Positions 58,892 through 64,000 of a DNA stretch of 64,000 bases are shown piece by piece. The translations under genes and the position numbers were made by a program. The notes below the pieces were generated by a model, which was not told the origin of the DNA, did no database searches, and saw only the letters and a program-made list of their open reading frames with translations. The stretch's first letter is position 1, and every line of letters begins with the position of its first letter. Source of the DNA: a virus; the IMG/VR virus record IMGVR_UViG_3300010396_000048, positions 4,022 through 68,021 of that record. The stretch is one strand, 5' to 3'.

Positions 58892-59817
58892 GGCCCAACC
58901 ACCGCCCCACCAGGGAATGCCCCGGCCGGCAGGGTGATAACATACGGAACGGACGCCGAATCCGATTCGACCACCACGATCGCGGGTTGTCCCGTGTGGA
59001 TGTTCGAGAACGGAATGGCCACCGCGCCGTCGTTAGCCGTTAGGAATTTAATGTCGGCGTAGGGCTGGAAATCTTGCCACCGCTCGCGCTTGTAGAGCGA
59101 GGAGAACGTCGCCACCACGCTCAGGTCGCCCTGGATGATGTTGTCGCCGTTGTAGACCGCTACACCACCGCAGCCGCCGCTGGCCCAAATCACCTGGTAA
59201 ATCGGGTAGACCTCGGCCAGAAACACGGTCTGCCCAGGAACATTGACATCCGAGAACACCGTGCCGTCTTGGTTCACTGCCACGCCACCGCATAGCGTGT
59301 TGGTGCCGGGAGCCGAGATGGAGCGTATCTGCGTATAGTTGTCCGGTGCGTACTCACGGATGACCGGAGGCCCATCTGCGGGCTCGTTGCCTACGAACAA
59401 GTCCCCGTTAGCGTCGGCCGTGACGCTCGTCGGGTGCTCGACGTTCGTGGTAATCGTTCCGGTCTGAGCCGTTGCACCGTCGTTGAAGACGGCAATCTTT
59501 GAATCGGCCCACTGCGTGACGTAGACGCTGCCATCTGCGTCAACCGTTACCCCGAGCGGCACGTTGAGGTCCGCCGAGCGAACGGGCTGCGGGTTCGTCA
59601 CCCCGTAGGGGTACACCCACAGCTTCATGTTGCCGCGGTCGGTCACATAGACGTATCGCGGAACGCCCGAACTGTACACGCGCTTGTGGCGCGCAATCAA
59701 AGACGGCGGAGTCGATTGCTGCGGCGCAGGGGGAATGTACGACTGCCCGGATCCACCGAGATCCCAACAGCCGGCCAACGCCAAGAGCGCCAGAGGCAAT
59801 AGAAAACGCAAGCGCAT
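58888..59817 (-). CDS. Lipoprotein with NHL-like beta-propeller repeats
   Basis: LALAG-C lipobox; P.GVTVD..G.VYV / P.SVTAD..GDLFV repeats. Confidence 0.85.
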   Translation of the reverse strand: MRLRFLLPLALLALAGCWDLGGSGQSYIPPAPQQSTPPSLIARHKRVYSSGVPRYVYVTDRGNMKLWVYPYGVTNPQPVRSADLNVPLGVTVDADGSVYVTQWADSKIAVFNDGATAQTGTITTNVEHPTSVTADANGDLFVGNEPADGPPVIREYAPDNYTQIRSISAPGTNTLCGGVAVNQDGTVFSDVNVPGQTVFLAEVYPIYQVIWASGGCGGVAVYNGDNIIQGDLSVVATFSSLYKRERWQDFQPYADIKFLTANDGAVAIPFSNIHTGQPAIVVVESDSASVPYVITLPAGAFPGGAVVGP

Positions 59818-59858
59818 AACAGCACCGCCCTAACACCCGGGATGAAGGAAACTTTATT

Positions 59859-60977
59859 TCAGGCCGCTATCGTCTCCGATAACGCATGGGCGTAACCGAG
59901 CACTCCTGCACGCCACTTCGGCAGCACCGCCGACATGACGTACTTCTCTCGAATGAACGAGCGGCTCGTATCGACCAACGCCTTGCGGAGCGCGCCGTCA
60001 TCGACCAGGGCCAGTACCGCACGCACCCACGCTCGACCGTCGTCCGGCGCAACCGTTACGATCCCGTCGGGGCTTTCCCGACCGTACGCCTCGTACGGAC
60101 CGTACCGCGTCGCCACGACCGGCACGCCGGCCATCGAATACTCCAGCACCTTCACGTTCGACTTCGACCGATTGAAGATGTGGCGTTCAAGCGGAGCCAA
60201 ACCAATGTCGAGATCAAGATTGGCCAATGCCTCGTAATAGCGAGGCATCAACGATTGCCCGTAAAGGCTCGGCATTTGGTTTTCGGTCGCGCGAGCGGCG
60301 GTTGCGCCGCCGAACGACATCCGCGACCAATACTGCCGAGCAAACAGCCCGCGCAAATCCTGGCCGTAGAACACGGCGCGAACCTGCGGGCGTTCGTCCA
60401 TCACCTTCTGCAAGGGCTTGACGATCGTCGCAACGTCGCCGACGTGCGACATAGAGCCGACGTACCCAACGCGAATCTGTCCAACCCGCTTGGGGCTCTC
60501 GCAATACGACGATGGGAAGCGCGCACAGTACGCCTCGAAGGTCTTGTCCTCGATCGCGTTCGGACACACGACCGCGCGGAGGTTTTCCTTTGCGTAGACC
60601 TCGAGGAGATCTTCCGTCGAGAGAATCAGGAAGTCCGCGGCGCGAGCTGCGCGCTGGAACCGAACCGTATTGGGGCGCCCGTTGCCAAAGACTTGGTAGT
60701 AGCCCGAACGCGGAGGCAGCGATTTCAGGTTGTCGTCAGCCTCGATCGCAATGATCGGCCGCTCTTTACGCTGCGCCAGATCCTCGATGAATGCGACGAC
60801 GTGCTCGGTGTGGGCACGTTGGAATATGACGAGGTCGGCCGCCGGAATAGCCGGATGCTTGATCGTGTCCACGATCGTCACGTCTAGCCCGTCATGCTCG
60901 GCCAACGCTCGGAACGGCACCATCAGGCGATAATGGCCGCATCCGCCTACGTCACCAGGCGCAATGACCACCTTCAC
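59859..60977 (-). CDS. Glycosyltransferase, GT-B/GT4-like
   Basis: GGCGHYR...P, IEADD, PNAI, VGYVGS.SH..D, DIGLAPL...FN.SKS..K.LEY...G.PVVA. Confidence 0.88.
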   Translation of the reverse strand: MKVVIAPGDVGGCGHYRLMVPFRALAEHDGLDVTIVDTIKHPAIPAADLVIFQRAHTEHVVAFIEDLAQRKERPIIAIEADDNLKSLPPRSGYYQVFGNGRPNTVRFQRAARAADFLILSTEDLLEVYAKENLRAVVCPNAIEDKTFEAYCARFPSSYCESPKRVGQIRVGYVGSMSHVGDVATIVKPLQKVMDERPQVRAVFYGQDLRGLFARQYWSRMSFGGATAARATENQMPSLYGQSLMPRYYEALANLDLDIGLAPLERHIFNRSKSNVKVLEYSMAGVPVVATRYGPYEAYGRESPDGIVTVAPDDGRAWVRAVLALVDDGALRKALVDTSRSFIREKYVMSAVLPKWRAGVLGYAHALSETIAA

Positions 60978-61801
60978 GCCGGCACCGCCTCGGCTTTTGC
61001 CTTCTCTTGCTCGGCAGCCTCGATGACTGCCAAGAGGTCGCGTGTGCGCCATTGATGTGGCTCGGCGTAAACCACCGACGCCTTGGGATGCATTTGCCAG
61101 GTCAACGGTGTCAACGCCGTGGCGATCAACGCGTGGTTAAGGATGCCGGCGGCATGCGCCAGGCGATTGCAGGCGGAGTCCGTCGTGATGACGGCCTTTT
61201 TGCACGCGCGCATGATACGAACGACGTCGGCCAGATCGCGACCGTACTCTCGCTCAATATACCAAGAATCAACAAATGGGCCTGTTGGCCACGGATCCCC
61301 GACCGCACCAAGAATGGCAATGCGGGTCTCTCTAGGGTCGATCTCCGCCAGCAACGCGCCGGCCTCGTCGGTCGTCATGCCGCGCGCTGGGTCTTTCGAC
61401 CACGGAGCGACCACATAGTCGTAGGCGGGATACTTGTCGTTCGGCTCGAGTCCGTCGATCAGCTCAGGCTGAGGCGGCATCTCGGGAACATCTAAGCCGG
61501 CCCACGCGAAGAAGTGCTGCGTGAGGTGCATCTGCTCGCGCCGGAACTCGCCAGCGATCGACGCATACGCCTGCAAAACAAAGACGTCGGGTTGCCCATA
61601 CGCAAACGGCGGATGGCAATCGAACAGGTCCTGCACACCCTCCGGCCACTTCATGATCTTGCCGACGTCGCGGTTCGCCAACGCCAGGTAGACGTCGGAT
61701 TCCTCACGGAACTGCTCGACTAAGGCGTGGATCGCCGGAAACGCGCAGATCGCATCCCCGATACGGTCATCCCGACCAACGATGATAAGGGGCGACTTCA
61801 T
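60974..61801 (-). CDS. Glycosyltransferase, GT9 (heptosyltransferase)-like
   Basis: RIGD.I...PAI.AL, VITTDS...LAHA.G. Confidence 0.8.
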   Translation of the reverse strand: MKSPLIIVGRDDRIGDAICAFPAIHALVEQFREESDVYLALANRDVGKIMKWPEGVQDLFDCHPPFAYGQPDVFVLQAYASIAGEFRREQMHLTQHFFAWAGLDVPEMPPQPELIDGLEPNDKYPAYDYVVAPWSKDPARGMTTDEAGALLAEIDPRETRIAILGAVGDPWPTGPFVDSWYIEREYGRDLADVVRIMRACKKAVITTDSACNRLAHAAGILNHALIATALTPLTWQMHPKASVVYAEPHQWRTRDLLAVIEAAEQEKAKAEAVPA

Positions 61802-61920
61802 GTATTCGCCGACCCTAGCGGCTCACTTAATCCGCAATAGTGGCAACGCGATACCACACGCCCATCGTGCAGGCGGTACAGATGGATTGCTTGCAAATGA
61901 CAGCTGGGGCAGAACAATCG

Positions 61921-62772
61921 TTACCCTTTCGGATAGAGTTCGGCAACCTTGGCGATGACCAGGTGCGGCGATAGCGTCGCCAAATTCGTGAAGATCGTGT
62001 GCGCCTCGGGGTACGCTCCCCAATCGCGCGCCACATCGTTATTGCATAGAAGCAAATGATGGCAACCAACCGCGTGAGCCAATCGAGCCGGCCCGCTATC
62101 GACCGTCACAACCAGCTTCGCACGCCGCATCATGTTCGCCACAACGCGAAGCGGTAAATCGAGATAGTGCTTCAGGTTCGGATGCGCCAGGGACGGCTGC
62201 ATCTTGGCGTGATTCTGTGCGAAGTGTGCCTGCGTGTGGGGATTGATCTTCTTTAGACCCTCAAGGTCCGGCATGCGAGCCGATCCAACGCAGGCGATTG
62301 ACACTTTCGCATCGACGGCGTCGACGACGGTTTGCCAATTGCTCAACGCCCAAAATCTCGGGATCTCGGCCAAGACGTACGGAGCAATCAGAAGGTCGGC
62401 GTACGGAACGTCAACGTGAGCCGGCAACTCGTCGTCTATTTCCGGACGGTGAATCTCGCCGGATAGTTCCGGAAAGCCCACCCAAGCGAGGAACTGCGAC
62501 GTCGGATGCTCGCGCTTGGCTCCAAATGGCACCCCGTTGCGCCGGTGCACCATGTCGTGAATGGAAATCTTCTCGACGCATGCGGGCCGCTTGCCGGTCA
62601 ACCGGTGGAAACCGTACTTCCGGTGTGGGAACAACTCCGCGACATCGGCGTTCGTCCACGCGATCGCAACGTCTTTGCCTTCGGCCTGACGCTTTTTCGC
62701 AAGCCCTAAGGTGCCTGGAAAGGAGACCAACGTATCGCCGAGACTGACGCAGTCATTCCAAACGACATGCAT
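61921..62772 (-). CDS. Glycosyltransferase, GT9 (heptosyltransferase)-like
   Basis: SLGDTL...P, W...NW, VVTVDSGP..LAHAVG. Confidence 0.82.
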   Translation of the reverse strand: MHVVWNDCVSLGDTLVSFPGTLGLAKKRQAEGKDVAIAWTNADVAELFPHRKYGFHRLTGKRPACVEKISIHDMVHRRNGVPFGAKREHPTSQFLAWVGFPELSGEIHRPEIDDELPAHVDVPYADLLIAPYVLAEIPRFWALSNWQTVVDAVDAKVSIACVGSARMPDLEGLKKINPHTQAHFAQNHAKMQPSLAHPNLKHYLDLPLRVVANMMRRAKLVVTVDSGPARLAHAVGCHHLLLCNNDVARDWGAYPEAHTIFTNLATLSPHLVIAKVAELYPKG

Positions 62773-63990
62773 CTACGCTGGCTTTCGGTAGAGCATCAAG
62801 AAGCCGTAGCCCTCGGGCTCGTCGCGTTCGAATTCTTTCTGCAGTCCAAAGCCTTCCAGCACCGGACGCATGTACTCCAGCGACATGTCGAGGCAGCGGT
62901 GGTGCGGGTTGTAGCCCTGCCCGGTTTCCTCGCACACCCTACGAAAACGCTGTTCGTTCGGAAGGTAGAGCGATAGAATGCCGCCCGGCTTGAGAACGCG
63001 CAGCCACTCCGTTAACACAGGGCGCGGGTCCTCGAAATCTTCGAGCAGGTGGCTGCTGTGGATCACGTCGACGACGCCGTCGCGAAACCACACCAGATTG
63101 CGCGCGTCGCCAGTCAGATGCTGCGGATCGCAGCCCATGTTTGCATAGCGCTCTACCTGGTCGAGCGTGATCGCCGCCGGGCATAGACTGTCGCCCCCGA
63201 ATCCGAGGTCGAGGATAGTCATACCGGGCTTGATAAACGGTAGAACGAACTCGCGGATGCGCGAAGTCTCACCGCCTGCAGGCACGAATCCACCCTCTAC
63301 GACAATCTTGCCGTCGATACGTCGAATGATCGGAAACTGCGCGTCGTCGAAGCGGGCGTCGTCAGGAACCTGCGTATAGTAATCCATGCCGACTTCATAG
63401 TCGATCCATGGATTCGCCTTGAACTCGCCGAAGCGATCGCCCCAATGTCCCTTCACCACACGGGTAAACGGCAGCGAGATTTCTTCCCAAAGTCCGTTGA
63501 AACGGTCGGGGTTACACTCGCCGGAAAAGAAGTTTTCGAACTCCCGGCATCCTCGCGTGATGACCTGGATCTCCGACGCCGGGCACTCGTAGACCGGGCA
63601 CCATAACGTGGTCCAGCCTGACTCGATCGCTTCGAGATAGTCCATGAGCCGCTGGCTCACGATGTACGCGTCCGTGGCGAGGAAATACAGCTTGTCGTAC
63701 TCGGCAAGCAGTTCTTTCAACTGCCAATAGGCGCGCCAGACGTTCTTATAATCGTGCTCGGCGAACCGCCCGCGGGCGTAGTTCGGCTGAAGGTTGCGAA
63801 CATCGACGCCGTGCTTTTTCGAAAAGCGTTCACACGTTGTCGGGCTTGATCCGTTGTCCAGCAGAATGATCGGATAGATGTCGCCGTAGTGCCGCAAGAA
63901 CCGCTCGACGCGACGGCATCCGTCACCATAACCACGATAGTCGGGAATGGGGCAGTCTAGCCACGCGTGCGTTATTAGTGCGGTTTTCAC
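62773..63990 (-). CDS. GT-A-like domain fused to class I SAM methyltransferase
   Basis: ILLDNGS / ATDAY N-domain; ILDLGFGG, SSHLLE.F, EW.RVLKPGG C-domain. Confidence 0.8.
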   Translation of the reverse strand: MKTALITHAWLDCPIPDYRGYGDGCRRVERFLRHYGDIYPIILLDNGSSPTTCERFSKKHGVDVRNLQPNYARGRFAEHDYKNVWRAYWQLKELLAEYDKLYFLATDAYIVSQRLMDYLEAIESGWTTLWCPVYECPASEIQVITRGCREFENFFSGECNPDRFNGLWEEISLPFTRVVKGHWGDRFGEFKANPWIDYEVGMDYYTQVPDDARFDDAQFPIIRRIDGKIVVEGGFVPAGGETSRIREFVLPFIKPGMTILDLGFGGDSLCPAAITLDQVERYANMGCDPQHLTGDARNLVWFRDGVVDVIHSSHLLEDFEDPRPVLTEWLRVLKPGGILSLYLPNEQRFRRVCEETGQGYNPHHRCLDMSLEYMRPVLEGFGLQKEFERDEPEGYGFLMLYRKPA

Positions 63991-64000
63991 CAGCGCGCCA

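Larger units (their letters stand above)
1..64000. mobile_element. Temperate contractile-tailed (myovirus-type) bacteriophage genome, large part or near-complete
   Basis: Terminase, portal, scaffold, capsid, sheath, tube, tape measure, baseplate, endolysin, repressor and serine integrase all present in phage-typical modules; no host core genes seen. Confidence 0.95.

Noticed and set aside
61802-61920. Small ORF between the two GT9 genes
   Set aside because: No convincing start or RBS; candidate ORFs overlap the upstream gene extensively

Overview
The whole 64-kb window is phage DNA: a GC-rich temperate myovirus, with no recognisable host housekeeping genes, rRNA, tRNA or CRISPR. Layout: a leftward early/replication operon (1-13.9 kb: NrdR-like Zn ribbon, DNA methyltransferase plus SNF2-like helicase, RusA, HNH/NinG-like nuclease, a replication protein carrying an iteron cluster, an SSB-like protein); a rightward lysogeny block (XRE repressor, large serine recombinase; 13.9-17.1 kb); a long leftward late region (metallophosphoesterase/ClpP, lysis cassette, fibres, baseplate, tape measure, tube, sheath, accessory virion proteins, neck, capsid, scaffold, portal, terminase; 17.1-56.7 kb); a rightward HTH-TPR regulator operon converging on a 37-aa exported-type peptide and a beta-propeller lipoprotein (56.8-59.8 kb); and a four-gene glycosyltransferase cluster (59.9-64 kb). 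The integrase is internal, which suggests a non-integrated or circularly permuted genome. Some accessory proteins resemble families I associate with Vulcanimicrobiota (Eremiobacterota), a tentative host guess. Best leads: (1) a phage-encoded Prp-like cysteine protease together with a shared N-terminal leader LPxYVLAxF-D on both scaffold and major capsid protein; (2) four late-operon proteins with Sec or lipoprotein signal peptides, including a paralog of the tail-fibre N-terminal domain; (3) an RRNPP/arbitrium-like HTH-TPR plus small peptide pair next to the packaging genes; (4) a multibranch structured RNA with GNRA-type pentaloops upstream of the capsid gene; (5) an apparent ATC start codon for the portal; (6) a stand-alone response regulator inside the neck genes. 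All family assignments come from reading motifs by eye; no database search was run.
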